NCBI GenBank assembly: GCA_028023455.1
Contig: JAQFVV010000006.1
Coordinates: 5,456,001-5,520,000, forward strand
Direction: 5' to 3'
DNA from: Epiperipatus broadwayi
Taxonomy: Eukaryota; Animalia; Onychophora
DNA length: 64,000 nucleotides
Within the stretch, counting starts at the first letter, position 1; each line of letters opens with the position of its first letter. The position numbers and the translations under genes were made by a program. The notes under the pieces are model-generated. The model did no database searches, had not been told where the DNA came from, and saw nothing but the letters and a program-made list of their open reading frames with translations. Positions 12,761-26,499 of the stretch are shown piece after piece.

Positions 12761-13619
12761 ACACAGGTAACAACATATTTTTCATACCACATTGGTAATG
12801 ACATAATTTTTCATTACAAAACAAAAAAGATCCGAAAACTTGCCATCTTATGCATAATTGGTACTTCTGATTTACAATTTATATTCCTTTTTTGAAATGG
12901 TTTGATTATTAATTTATAACTTAACATATTATTATCTCTTGTAATAATTAAATCTAAACACTTAATACTTTTCCTGTTCCTTTTCAATAGTCCATTTTAA
13001 GCCATTCAAATTATTTAACTCCTTTACAAAAACATTTATAGCATTGGTATTTCCATAAACAAAAACATCATCTACATACCTTTTGTAAATTTTAATATCT
13101 TTAAAAGAACACATATCTAAAATACTACTCTCATATGTTGATAAAACAAAACAAAAAAAAGCATGAATTTTTATACAGGCAGGTGAAAAGTACAAATAAT
13201 AATGATTTAATGACTGCTTCAGTTTTCTTGGATCATGAAAGGATGTGGAAATATAAATTTAAGTTTGATCTTGAAAGTATTAAGATTCTTTATGAAGAGT
13301 GAAACCATAATAAAAGAAAAATTAAGGAGGCAATTTTAATAAATAGAAATAAAGTGAATTTATTAATAGACCAGCTGCTAACATTAAAATCCAGGATTTA
13401 TAGTATTTAAGTTTATGACATTTGCTTTCATTTTGTTTTTTGAATGTAACTGCAGTTGAGGATGGTTAAGAAACTAATTGAAAGTACTTCAGATTGAAAG
13501 ACTATATATAATAGTTAATTGCCATTATATTTATCATTTTTATTGTTATTACATAATTATATATATTATATTTAAGGTTCTCATTGTTATATGATGTAAA
13601 TAAAATAGTTTTGGGATTA

Positions 13620-14750
13620 AACCATATATTATTTTGTATTATTCCCCAATGTTTCAACAAAATAGCATCTGACATTGTCAAGATTAAGTTTTAAAAGAAA
13701 AACCATTCGATCTTAAGTAGTAATGGGATTAAGCATAAAATACTTAAGTATTCAGAATACATGGTTTAATGAAATGTATATTTTCTTTAGTTTCACCACT
13801 AATTAATTTCAAGTTTATATTAGAAGAAATAAAATAAGCGGTTTCCACAAGGCTGGAATAAGTTGTACTTCACCAGCTTTATTTAAACCAGTTGGTCTTT
13901 TTTAATATTTCAATAGAGTCCCTCATGGTTCTCACATCATACTTTTTCAAATTAGCAAGTATTTTAGCATGATCAAAATCAGGTTTGTGACCAATTTCTA
14001 AAAAATATAAAGTAAAAGCTGATGTATTTAATTTCTGATTAAAGGTATTTTTATGTTTCTTAATTCTGATATAAATGCCAATGTATTAATAAAATTCCAT
14101 ATTTACAGTACTCGAAAATGTCAATCCAATAAATGAATTATTGTCAAAATTAATGACCATAAAAAGTGCCTTCAATGAGAAGTTAAATACATCAGTTTTT
14201 ACTTTACATTTTTTTTAGAAATTGGTTACAAATCTGATTTTAAAGTCAAGCGTTGGTAGCCAAGAGGTCAGCACAGCTGCCTTACAAGCAAGCAATTGCT
14301 TACAGGCATTTGTTGCAGGTTTGCTTCCCAGACGATGCTTTGACATAAGGAAAAAAAATCTGATTTTGTTAATGCTAAAATATTTCTACTTTGGAAAAGT
14401 ATGATTTGAAAACGATCAAGGAGTCTATTGAAATATTTAAAAAACCAACTGGTTTAAATAAAGTTGATAGAGCACAATGTATTCCAGACTTGTGGAGAAC
14501 CTTATTTTATCTCTTTCTTCTAATACAAACTTGAAATCAATTAATTGGTGAAACTGAAGAAAATAAAAATTTCGATAATCCACATATTCTGAATGCTTAA
14601 CTACTTCATGTACAATCTTATTTTTTATCTCACACACTATCTTATTGCTACTGGGGATCTAATGGTTTCTTTAAAAACTTAACCTTGACAATAGCGGATG
14701 CTATTTCATCAAAATATTGGAAAGTCATACAAAATAATACACAGTTTAAC
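13620..14750. mobile_element. Head-to-head pair of PLE 3' ends
   Basis: About 13620-14010 is inverted against 14190-14750. The + arm reads TIKESIEIFKKTNWF...LWRTL (PLE endonuclease C-terminus). TTGACAA-type HHR-like motifs at 13644-13684 (-) and 14682-14722 (+). Confidence 0.6.
14245..14358 (+). mobile_element. tRNA-derived short SINE with TSD
   Basis: A-box-like TAGCCAAGAGG, A-rich tail, flanked by the direct repeat AAATCTGATTTT; second copy at 49831. Confidence 0.75.
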
Positions 14751-15754
14751 TCAAAAACGACTTTATTTACAAAATTATATATATATTACCCTTCCTTCTT
14801 AAATGATATCTATTATATTTTGTTCCAAGCCCCTTTGATACATCATTCATCGCATATAATAAGTCAAACAACTGATAAACTTTTATTACACTAGAATATA
14901 TATTGTTTATTGAACTTCAAATGTATGTATTTTTAGAATGCATGCTCACACATGTACAAGCAATATATAACAGATATTTTATGTATATAGTATACATATA
15001 TTATAAATATAAACAAAATTTTAAAAAATAATGTAATTATTAATATTTAAATACAAGTATATTATATATAATTCTAACCTAGATGCAATTAGGGGGTTTG
15101 AACCCAGACTTTTAAGCTCCCTGTAGTCATCCACTCCATCTTATTAATAATAAATTGAGAGAGCAAATTTAACATATGTATAGTGGGTGTGTGTGCTTGG
15201 TTATTCACATTCAGTTTAAAAGAATAATAAAAATACCATACCTTAACTTTCTAAATAAAATGTATAATAGGATATCAGACTTTCATCGCAAACAAACACA
15301 CTTTGGATTAAATTCTGTTGCTTTAATAACTTTTCTCCCCACGGAATTATAGTAACAATCTTGTTATCAGCTTTGACAGTAGTTTATATATTTTTAAGCT
15401 CATATTGATTTTAGGATCTATACAATCATAACTAGTTTCTATCACTCATTTCAGATTGTCAATTAAGTTCTCCAAACTTCACCTTTTCTAGAGTAATATA
15501 AGAATGCTTAAGTTTTTTGGTTTCCACCACGAATCACTCAATAACATTCATTTTATTTCTTAAAAAAAATACATCATGAATTTTTTTTAAACTTTTTACT
15601 TTATACATAAAGTGAATATAGGTCATGAAATATTACTAGACAATGCAGAGGTTATCTTTTATGAAAAAATGAATTGAAAAGAAGAGTAAAAAAAACTTTG
15701 ATGATAACATTTTTTGAATCTGAGGCCATCAATCTTATGAAGACATTCTTTGAT

Positions 15755-16115
15755 TAAAACAGGCAAAACTCTCCATACAGTAGTGCCAATCAGTGCCAAC
15801 CAGAGTAATCATTGGATGCCAGAAGGCTTGTGCATAAAATCCCCATTTAGTGCCTACTCATCCAATATCCCCAGACCAGTTTCTTGGCTTGTGGCCTTCA
15901 TCAGTGATGAGCTATGGATCTGAAAGCACTGTATCTAGATCTTAGAATATTGGATGAGTAGGCACTAGATGGGGATTTTATGCACAAGCCTTCTGGCATC
16001 CATTGATTACTCTGGTTAGCACTGAGTGGCACTACTGTATGGAGAGTTTTGCCTGTTTTAATAACAGATATGTGCTAGCATACGAAATAGTGATCATGTG
16101 ATGTTTAGTGGTTTA
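15755..16115. mobile_element. HHR family A foldback
   Basis: Arms about 15755-15868 and 15946-16060 are inverted. Minus HHR 15868-15910: CTGATGA AGGC CACAA GCCAA GAAA CTGG TC TGGGGA. Confidence 0.8.
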
Positions 16116-16458
16116 ACATCCTTTGATGTTAAAGGAAGTTCGTTATTGAAGTGAATAATGGGAAGCCTATTTTGTTTTGTATATATATGTTATATGTTTG
16201 GTTGAATTTCATTTGAAAATGTCTCTTTGTTAATAGATGAAAACATAGTTATAGAAGAATGTTAGTAAAATTTTGTTTTTTGACTAGCATTGTAATGTTA
16301 TATGAATTTCTATCATAATATTAAGGAAACAGAGTCATACATCATATGACTTAATTAGCTTGTATTTACAAATACAATGTAATGAGCATGCTAATAGCTC
16401 TAAATAAGCTTTTCGATAAATGGCACAGATTTAAAATTTCTTTGTAGAATTATCCCTA

Positions 16459-16500
16459 TCACCAAACCAGTTTTGAGCTAATGGCTCTCATCAGTGAGGC
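16459..16500 (-). ncRNA. HHR-like motif (family B type)
   Basis: GCCTCA CTGATGA GAGC CATTA GCTC AAAA CTGG TT TGGTGA; perfect stem II; G12 to A change at a CpG. Confidence 0.65.
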
Positions 16501-16956
16501 ACTAGAGCATTCAGACACTAGATCTAAAATACAAACTTGGTCAAAAATTTGTTCAGATATGCATACTTGTATAAAAGTGATTTATATTTTTATATACAAA
16601 TACAATATGATTTTTGAACTTCAATATTTTTTGCTATTTTCATAATTAGTCATTAGTGGGTTTTTTTTAAAAAATTTAATGGCAGTGGTAGCATTCATCT
16701 TTGATTAAATTCTCAGCCTTTCGTAATATTATCCTTACATATGTGTATGTAATTCTTATTTATGGGGAAAAATCAACTACTATAAAATGTCTACACCATA
16801 GGTAATTTAAGAGAAGAGAAAAAATATTTAAGAAATAATGATAGACAAATCAGTCCTTAAAATCTGAAGATGACAATGGAATGTGTAGAAATCGTTTTTA
16901 CCCCATAAACAAATAAATTGATTTGCACTAAGAAATATTTTTATAATAATCAGTTT

Positions 16957-17075
16957 ATTTACTAAGGCTGTAACCTCAAAAATATGCGTGTAAAAATGCG
17001 ATATTAGGGACCTCTACAGGTCTTAACCACAAGCTTTTTTACACGCATATTCTTGAGGTTACAGCCTTAGTAAAT
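16957..17075. repeat. Foldback with about 40-bp arms
   Basis: ATTTACTAAGGCTGTAACCTCAA...TTGAGGTTACAGCCTTAGTAAAT; a one-armed relative lies at about 51688-51770. Confidence 0.8.
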
Positions 17076-17822
17076 ATTACTTACATAATCAATGTGCAAT
17101 GTGCTTTTAAATAAATTAATAATCAGTTTGAAAAAATAAAAAAAAAAGTGTTTATTAATTGAGAAATGTATTAATTTCCTTAGTATTACTTTGTTAAAAT
17201 TATATTTTGAGCAGTCAAACATTGTAAAGCCATGATCATAAATAGTTCTCAATGATTCAATGGCTGACCAATGTTATGCTAAATGAACTTTTTTTTGTTT
17301 GGATGGTTAAGAGAAAGATGTCAATATATTTTTTATTCACTTTCATCTCGTGCATAATGGCATACAAACATATTGATACGGATGGATTTCTCACTTTTTC
17401 CCACTTAAAATATATAATAAATTATTTCCATCATTATATGTAATTTTCGGTCTTAGCTAATGAACCAAACCCTGTTAATAAACATTTCAATACTCCTTTT
17501 AAATAAGAGTAAAAAGTAAAAGATTTAATAACGGTTTTTAAACAAGAATGAAAGCTTTACAATCCAGAGGGAAGCACAGTCTAAATCTTATTCAAACTTT
17601 CATAGAAGAGTCTCTTATTATATTTCATTTTTCAACATTACGTATAATTTAAAATCTTGGACTAATTAATCAATCACGGTTAATAAACACTACATGTAAT
17701 ATTCTATTCAAAAATTATATATTCAAAATTAAATAAATAGAGATATTAACAATTTTGAGTTTTAAAATTTTTACTGATAATTTGTCAATTAATATTAACT
17801 TAGTAAATCTTATAATTTTCAG

Positions 17823-17947
17823 ACAATCTTTTTTATTGTGACATCTACGTGGTATTTTGGTTTCATTACTTCTTTTAGCCCAACTTATTTTTGGGTTGTG
17901 TTTTTAAGAACTCTGGTCGGAATTGGATATTCTGGAGCATCTCAGGC
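17823..17947 (+). CDS. SVOP: SVOP/SVOPL-family exon B (TIFFIVTSTWYFGFITSFSPTYFWVVFLRTLVGIGYSGASQ plus GC)
   Basis: ttttcag acceptor and GTAAGT donor; 125 nt, phase 2; LR.LVG.G MFS motif. Confidence 0.88.
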
Positions 17948-17957
17948 GTAAGTATAT

Positions 17958-18225
17958 TACACCAAACATCACATGATCACCATTCTTTATGCTTACACAA
18001 CTGTTATTCACAGAAGCAAAACTCACCATACAATAGCGCCACTCGGTGTAAGCCAGAGTAATCAATGGATGCAGGAATGTTTGTGCAAGGTTGTTCTTCA
18101 CTTATGAAAGCCACAAGCTAAAAATTAGTCTGGGGATATTGGATGAGTAGGCATTAGATAGAGATTTTATGCACGAATCTTCCTACATCCATTGATTACG
18201 CTGGCTTACACTGAATGGCGTAATT
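17958..18225. mobile_element. HHR family A foldback starting about 10 nt after the exon B donor
   Basis: Minus arm about 17958-18085; + arm starts at a degenerate HHR at 18095-18136 (CTTATGA AAGC CACAA GCTA AAAA TTAG TC). Confidence 0.75.
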
Positions 18226-21200
18226 TATATTATTAAATTTTTTAATATGCCTAATATTAGTAAATTCATTGAAATGTTCATATGTAAATATTAAATTACT
18301 ACAATTTGGTCTACAAGTGTCAAATTTTCAGCATTCATGTTTTTGACATCATTCACGTAAATAAATATTTTGACGATTATTATCTTTTTTTATTATTAAC
18401 TTAGATATTATCATATTTTTATTAAATCAGATAGATATAAATGTTAAATCAGGTAAAAATTAGTATAACTGTTTTTTATTCATCGTAACCAGTATAATTA
18501 TTAATCCATTTTCAACTTGCTTTTTTTATGTGTTTTTATTACTATTATTGAGGTATTTAAAATCTTCTATTCTATTAAATATTCTTAAAACATTTCCTTG
18601 AGATCATTTCGCTTTTTCATTTATCTTTATATACAGTATATTGATTTCAAGAATGTGCGGTAAAATGAAAGTTTTAAATATATATATTGTAACCATATAT
18701 TTTAGTATAAAATATAATAATTGATGTAACTAGTATAAAAATTTCTCTTTCTTCTTTTGGTGATGTGATTGGCTTGATTTGCACTTTGAACAGATTACTC
18801 TCTTATATTATTTTAATAAATTTAAATTTGCTTCTTCCCACATGCTAACTCATATCAAAATGTTTAACTTTTTAAAATTTGACAACACATTAAAATTTGG
18901 TAAAATATTATTAAAAATAATATTTTATTTTTATTTGTTTAAAATGATCTTAAAAATTATTTCTATTAAATTTACAGAACCATTTATTCAGTTAAAATTA
19001 ATTATTAAAAATAAATACAGTAATTACATATGCGTCTCAATGTAAAAAGAAAAGAGCGCGAATTTAAGGGAAGATCGTCTGTTAGTTGGCTTTTGGAGGG
19101 AGAAAGAAAAGAAAATGGTAAAGGCAAATGGTGTGAATTTGATAAGCTTATTTTAAAATAGTTAATAAGTAAACGGATTACCACAAAATTTGCTATAAAC
19201 GTAAATATAACATAGTGGTAATTAATTATAAGATGAATTGCTAAATTTAAAAGTCTGTTCAAGTCGGCTGGCCAAGTGGATTGAATCACCGGTAATAAAT
19301 TTTCCAATATTACATTTTTAAAATGTCAGAGCTTCCCAGTTTAAATGTAAAAGAATTAATTGCAAGAATTTGGTATGTTTTAAAATGTTTATTATTCTAC
19401 AATTTGGAAAAATTAAATAAGTATTTTAATTACAGAATTTTTTATGAATATAAAAATTTGCTTTTTAAAAAAGAAGAAGTTTAAATTCAAGTAAAATGTT
19501 AAGTTATCAACATAGTTTAATATTTCCGTATCTAATTCTAATAAAAATATAGTATTGATTGATATTTAACTTTACAATGACAGTAATCTATTTGCTAGTT
19601 AATTTGTTTAACATTTGGATAATAAATAGTCTTCAAAGAATTAATCAAAGCTATTTTCTAATTTTATCGTCAGTTGGAATGATTGAATTAATTGCTATAA
19701 TTAGTATTCCTAGATTTAAGCATGGATGAATAAATATTCGCATGGATGTGATAAACTTGGAACATTTTTAATAGAGAAATGTAGAGATTAATAACTTTTG
19801 AAAAACATTTTCATTTAAATTCTGCGTGTCATGTTTTTGAAATTGTTTCATGTTTATGTAGCCACGTAAAATCGGTAATCTAATAGTGATTATAATAACA
19901 AATACAAACGGATAAAATTGCATGTGTGGAATTCAACTAAAGATATAGCTATTGCTTCGTATATTTATTGTTTGACACATCGTACATGGATTCCATGGAT
20001 CCTATTTGGAGTTATAAAATGCTATACAATCCAATTTGTGATACACACACCTGCTATAATTCATGTATTGAACTATAAAATGCTATACATTTAATTTATA
20101 TCATACACACACCTGTTAAATTTTATGTATTTGATGAATAATGTATTATTTAATTTTATCGTTATATAAACTTGCATGTGAAGTTCAAAAGTTATATTTA
20201 TTAAGTTTAAATTAATAGGGGTTGAATAAAATATTTATTCAAGAGAATAGCGCTCGCGAAAAAGCTTAAACAGTACTAAATGAATTCATGAGATATATCA
20301 ATCTTTGTGAGATGTTTTGTGAGTCTTTCCAGATTTGTATTCCTATACTAATATTACTTATATTATATTACATATATTTTATTTAAGCAAGATAAGTTAG
20401 TACATTAGTTGTCCTGATTAGTGTAACATTTTATTAAGCAAGAACCCACATTTGCTAAAGTGTCATCGTTTTCTGAATGGTCAGAAGAACTGAGGAGGAT
20501 GATTTTGCACTTTAATGTGAAGTAAATAGTAATGTTGTTTTATAATGTTAAAGGGCATTAATCTGTGCTGGTGGTTAATCCGCAGATTACTTAATTGCCA
20601 TTTTTGTATTTTACACTCATTCCTGCGCTGGTGGTTAATCTTCCGATCTTGTACTTGTACTTATTGCTTTATGAAGGTGTATAAATCCACCAAAGTGTTT
20701 AGTGTTATTTAATTCCTACGTGTAGATGAATACATCCACAGGAATATGTTTGCTTCACAGATATAAGTTGGGCAAAGTATTTTAGTTGATCTGCTAAATC
20801 ATCTTCTTTCAAGTGTAAGTAGAATTTATAAGTTAGATTATTAAATTGTAGCAGGACACTCTATTCAAGTTACTTCATGATAATTAACTGTTGGTTGATT
20901 ATTATTTACCGGAATGTAAGTTTACATTTTCACTTTATTTAATGATTACATTATAGCTAAATCCTACAGACATAATATTATTTATTATATGATTATAAGT
21001 TTACGGTAGGGATTTATTGAATCTGGAAATGACGTTAAATATTTCATGAGTTTGATGCTGAATTTCGTATAATCTCCTCAATATTCATTATATTAGATTG
21101 AAATAAGGTATGATTAGATTTTAAAACTGTACCTATGAGATGTTATTGAAGAAAGTCAATGGAATTATCATTTATTTATTTTATTTGTTTATTTATGTCT

Positions 21201-22993
21201 TTAATTATAACATTGGAATTAATTACTTATTATTCATAAATTTGTAAATAAAAGTTGATTTATAATTAAACTTTACTGTTGTTGCACATGTGTCATTCAT
21301 AAAATCAGAAATCATAAACTTTGAATAGAGCTTACATTAAAGAGCATACATTGAAGAGCATACATTGAAGAGCATACCTTGAATTACATATTATCGTCAA
21401 CATGATATAAGAGTTTATAAATATTTTTTTTGAGAAAACATTTGGATGCTTTTCGTCTTTGGTAGTTTATGATGTGTAAGGTACAATAAAATCCCATTTA
21501 CCTTTTCCCTCATTGTGGCTTTGCGTAGTTGATTCTAGTATAAAATATAAATTAATTATTAAACTTGTAAACAGATTTACCAGATAATGACATGATTGAA
21601 TATATTTACTTAACGTTTTTAAATTGTCATTTGTCAGTATAATAAGAGTCTCAATAATATAGTAAACTATAAAAAAAGAACCCAAGTATTTATGTTTATT
21701 TATTGCAAAGCTTTACCTGGACTAGCATTCGTATTAAAAATCATATAGATGGTTTAAAATTTCATAATCTTATGTAGTTCCACAAATTATGCCATCTTTT
21801 ACATGGTCGGCCATAAGGTCGCATACCATAAAAATCGCAAATTAAGGTTTAAAAGTAATAACATTGCACTTATAATTTGTATAATGTATTTTATCATACT
21901 ACTATGATAGGTCTTCGTGGTACACCCTGGCTGCGATCAAATTAAATCATAAAAGTTTATGTTAGATCATTAGTTTGGTCTATGGTAAGTTGCTCCAGAT
22001 GTTGATTGTGGTCTTTGGTGCATAAAATAGATAGCATGATATGCTTTTGGTTACAGCTCTTAATAGCTGACAATGTGCAGCGGGAGTTGATCAGTGATCA
22101 AGGTTACAATTCTTAGTGCACTTACGTTATGTAGTTGGGACCACACAATTACGGTTACAATTTTTGGTGCCGCAACGAGTTCGGCACGATAGGTAGTTGA
22201 GAGGGCAATGGCCTTCGATGGCTATAGTTGGCCACGAGAAGATTTATGGTTACAATATATTATAATATAGAGAAAATTTATTTAATTATAGACCATTATT
22301 TTTAACGATTGTATTTAACTATATTTATTAATTATATGTTGATTTAAAAAATACTACAGTGACAGTTAACTGCTTATGATTCATTTACTGTATATATTAG
22401 GCTTCTAAACGTAGTTCAAACCATTTGAAGTAATACTTATGTAACAGAATGCAAAACTATTTATATACTGAAATAACTTGTGATAAACTTTCTTTCACTG
22501 ATGCTTATTTTGTAAATTAATCATCTTAAGAAAATATTCTAATGCATATCGGTAACTGAAAATAAATAGAAAATATTCAAATCATCCAGCCAATTATTAT
22601 CAAATTCCGGCAATGCCCTCTGTGAACAAATATAAAGCCTGAATAGAAGGCGCTCTGGAATTTCATAATGATAGGGTGGTGATTTGAATATTAATCATCT
22701 TTTATATCAATTTGATGATATCAAACTATATATTCTCTTTTTTGCAAAGATTATCCAGAATATCAAGAAATATGAGATATGTCTTCTAACCATCATCAAT
22801 TTACAATTATCTATGAAAGTTTCATCTGAGTTGCAGAATTAAATAACTTTATTTGTAGTCACAGTGCATCAAATAAATCCCTCTGTAGGTACCTTGGAAC
22901 ACTTTTTATTTATGAAAAACTGGCAATGTAAAGTATTATCCTGATGTAACATCGTGTTTCCTAATAACATTTCAACACATTCTCAATCCAGAC

Positions 22994-23979
22994 CAGTGGT
23001 GCATAACCCATTGATCCCAATCCCTTGAGGGGTTGCACAAAAATTTTTCAGGGTCAAAGAATTATCAAGAAATGTTTCCATGACAATAGAAAAATAGTTT
23101 TTTTTTTTTTAAAGTAAAAATAAAATATAAATAGAGTAATGCATCTTAAAATAATCTAGCCATAGTCTCAAGCATGTTACCCATAATAAAACAATAGGTA
23201 CATATTGTAACAGAAAATTAATAGCATTTGTATGAAATTAACTTGGTGGTAGTTTCATTTAATGCATCATGTTTCCACCATTATTTAACTTCCATCACTT
23301 CTGGATTAAATAATCTAACCTGAAAACATAAGGCCACGATGCACAGTAGGATTTGGAACTTGTTTGAAATATGATGCTTATTATTCTTTGACATTTTCTT
23401 TATTCATTCAGATGAATTTTTTTACCATGCTATTTGCAAATTGATTATTTTCATTGTCACTCCAGCATATTAATAAATACTTACATGATATTTTTAATTC
23501 TAATCTATCTTTAAATGAAAAAGAACACTTAATTGATGTTAGATTGGTGAAACATTTGTGCTATCAATTAAAGTCACTGACCCATTAGAAATTTTGGCTA
23601 TCTATTAGAAAGGATAGTTTTAAACTGAAGAAAATGGCAATTAATGTTCTCATTGAATTTCCATCAACATATTCATGTGAAACTGGCTTCTTATAATTAG
23701 CTGCTATTAAAATGAGGTATTCAATTTAGAAAATGATTTACAGCTTATATTTTTAACATAACTTCAAATGTGGAAGCACTTAAGACAAATTTCTCATTAA
23801 ATATCTTTTAATTAATTTGTTTATGTCTCACAAGTAAATTATATAACAATGTGCTAAAAGTGTTATTTTTAAATTTATGTATTGCATTATGTTTGCTAAT
23901 TAGTCAAAAAGTTTTAGGGAGCACATTACAAATTTTGTCTAAAAAAGGAATCATAATTAGATATAGGTTGTGTCCACTA
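22994..23979 (+). mobile_element. hAT (Buster/Charlie-like) deletion derivative
   Basis: Imperfect TIRs CAGTGGTGCATAACC / GGTTGTGTCCACTA. The interior reads FWLSIRKD...MAINVLIEFPSTYSCETGF, the hAT dimerisation region. Confidence 0.7.
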
Positions 23980-24014
23980 TTGGCTAAAAGCATAAATATG
24001 TAGAATCATGATTA

Positions 24015-24745
24015 GCTGGATTTGAAGACATTACCTGTCTGATAAATTTCATTCTTTCAAGCTGATAGAAACATGTTTGATAAATTCTGATTTCAGAGTT
24101 AGTATTTAGATCTAGTTTCTAGTCTCCCTACCCTTCACTGATGTGAGCCAACTAGCTCGAAACTAGCTGGTCTGGAGGTGGAGAGAATGAAAGAGATATT
24201 GAATTCTATCTCTCTCAGTGTTTATGTAAACAAAAGCTTGTTAGGAGCTATTGGTAAAGCTCCATCTAGTGATCATAAAATGCAAGCTAAAAGCAAGTTA
24301 TGAAATTTATAATTGTTTTGTTTATCATAAATGTACTCTTGAAGATTTTTGCAATGATATATATTGCAGAGGCTTTTACTTTATGGTGAAACTGAACTGA
24401 TTTCAGACCTATATAGCTATCTAGTTTGTTAAGCTGAATTTGAAGACATTACATGTCTGATAAATTTCATGCTTTCAAGCTGATAGAAACATGTTTGATA
24501 AATGCTGATTTTAGAGATAGTCTTTAGATCTAGTTTCTAGTCTCTCTACCCTTCACTGACATGAGCCAACTAGCTCAAAACCAGCTGGTCTGGAGATGGA
24601 GACAAGGAAAGAGATATTGAATTCTATCTCTCTTGACATTTATGTAAACAAAAGCTTATTAGAAGCTATTGGTAAAGCTCCATCTAGTGATCATAAAATG
24701 CAAGCTAAAAGCAAGTTATAAAATTTATAACTTGTTTTGTTTATC
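24015..24745 (+). mobile_element. HHR family B tandem partial dimer, 418-bp unit
   Basis: Direct repeat with 418-bp offset; HHR-like motifs at 24132-24178 and 24550-24596. Confidence 0.8.
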
Positions 24746-25794
24746 ATATATATATATATATATAAGCATTTTATGTAAACCCATTAAGAGGTATTGTAAA
24801 TCAATGTAATAACTTGAATTTTATATTAATCATGTAAATCACAATGTGGTAGGTTTTTTTAATTGTATATTACTCAAAATCAGAGGGTTTAATTGACATG
24901 TGTATAGCCATATTCTACAGACCTTAACTTCATTTATTTTTTTGTTATTAATAAACTTGTATTCAATTGTTAAAACTATTCCAATGAACTTAATTCTAAA
25001 TAGTTTTTAGAATATTATATTTGCTTCACATCTTGATCACAGTAGCAGTTATAGATCTTATATTCTTTGAGCTAGATTTGAGCATAACAGTCTGATATAT
25101 AAAAGGGAATGTATATTAGTGTTTATGGGTATCCAATGATGATGATGATATTCCCATCAATCATCATTATCCATTGGCACAAAGAGAATATTCTTTAAAG
25201 TCCATGCACTACATTTTATTTTAGTTTAGTCTCTATTAGAATTTAAATTATAGTTGGCCAATACACTAACGATACTAAGTGGCCAGAGCATTAATGATGA
25301 TCAGCATGTTTAATATCCCAGCATTATTGTTTTTATGATTGTATATATTCTATGGATGAGCACTTAAAATAGTTCACCCAAATTAGGTTTAAATAATAAC
25401 CCCAAGCTGAAAAAGGCTAAATAGTTGGCCTGGTCGACAGTAGACCAAGATTGACTGTTGATTTATTTTGATTGTTGATCATTCATGATGATGAATGGTT
25501 ATTACTTGAGTATTCCTAGTACTTACTTTTACTTATTGATAATGCTGGTGGACTTGTGAATTTATAATTATAATCATAGTACTCTAGGGAGTTAACTGGG
25601 CTGATCATATTAAATATTGATAATGAAGTATTTTGTACTTAGGGTTGATGATTTTTCATCACCCCAAGTTTACCTCCATTCTTTCCCATCCCATTATAAT
25701 ATATATATATAAGAAAATAATAAATATATTAACTAACTAAAGGAAATATAATTAAAAATAAAAAACACAATTACTTCTCTAAGCAACCACTTTA

Positions 25795-26250
25795 AAATAA
25801 TATTTCAACTAGAGGACTGTTTTCATCAGAAATTACAACTAAATGGCTTCCTCCAAAATTTATACGTTAAAATTTATATGTCAAAATTAATTTGCATATC
25901 TAAGTGTATGGATGAAATAGTACCATAAAATTTCTTTTTTTTTCTCCTCCAATGTGTCAAAAATCTACTACAAATTCACAATATATTTCAAATGTAAATG
26001 CATAATTTATCTTTGAATATTTAATATCCTGAGCCAAGGATTACCCCATGTATTTACAGTTATAAGATATATAGTATGTATATGAATCATATGGAATATT
26101 TTGGTTATTTTACAAATTTATTGTTTTTTTAATGAAACATAAAAAACATTATTAATTCAATGATATGCAATTATAATATTATTTTAATATTATAGCCAAT
26201 TATAATTTTTTAAAAGAGAAGAAATATAATAAACTCATATATACATTCCT
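25795..26250 (-). mobile_element. PLE GIY-YIG remnant with downstream HHR-like motif (25795-25835)
   Basis: Minus strand reads YYISYNCKYMG*SLAQDIKY (degenerate GIY-YIG), then CTGATGA A AAC agtcctcta GTT GAAA. Confidence 0.5.
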
Positions 26251-26499
26251 TAATCCAATATATGATGAGTATAAATTTGTATAATATTAAAATTAGTATA
26301 AAAATATGCCGTATATACGTAGTTTTCATTTTCGTTTGTCTGCTTTCCAAACTGGTTACCTTTAATAAGATGTGTGTAATACATTACTGCTGAATTGTTA
26401 AGATGGTTGGATTATTAGATACACTTGGAAATTGTTTGATAATTGTTTATTTTGTTTAAAAATGAATGCTATTTGTTCAAGATAAATTTGAAATTTTCC

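Larger units (their letters stand above)
11340..13560 (-). mobile_element. Penelope-like element remnant (RT plus GIY-YIG) with inverted duplicate of its 3' end
   Basis: Minus ORF 12962-13195 contains YKRYVDDVFV (PLE-type RT); minus ORF 11564-11812 contains KRLREH (GIY-YIG). About 11380-11720 is repeated in inverted orientation at about 13197-13560. Confidence 0.8.

Noticed and set aside
16863-16900. HHR candidate CTGAAGA TGACA...GAAA
   Set aside because: Stem II is broken and no stem I is evident; could be chance or too decayed to call.
19005-19307. 100-aa minus ORF
   Set aside because: No recognisable motif and no splice context; likely chance or decayed repeat.
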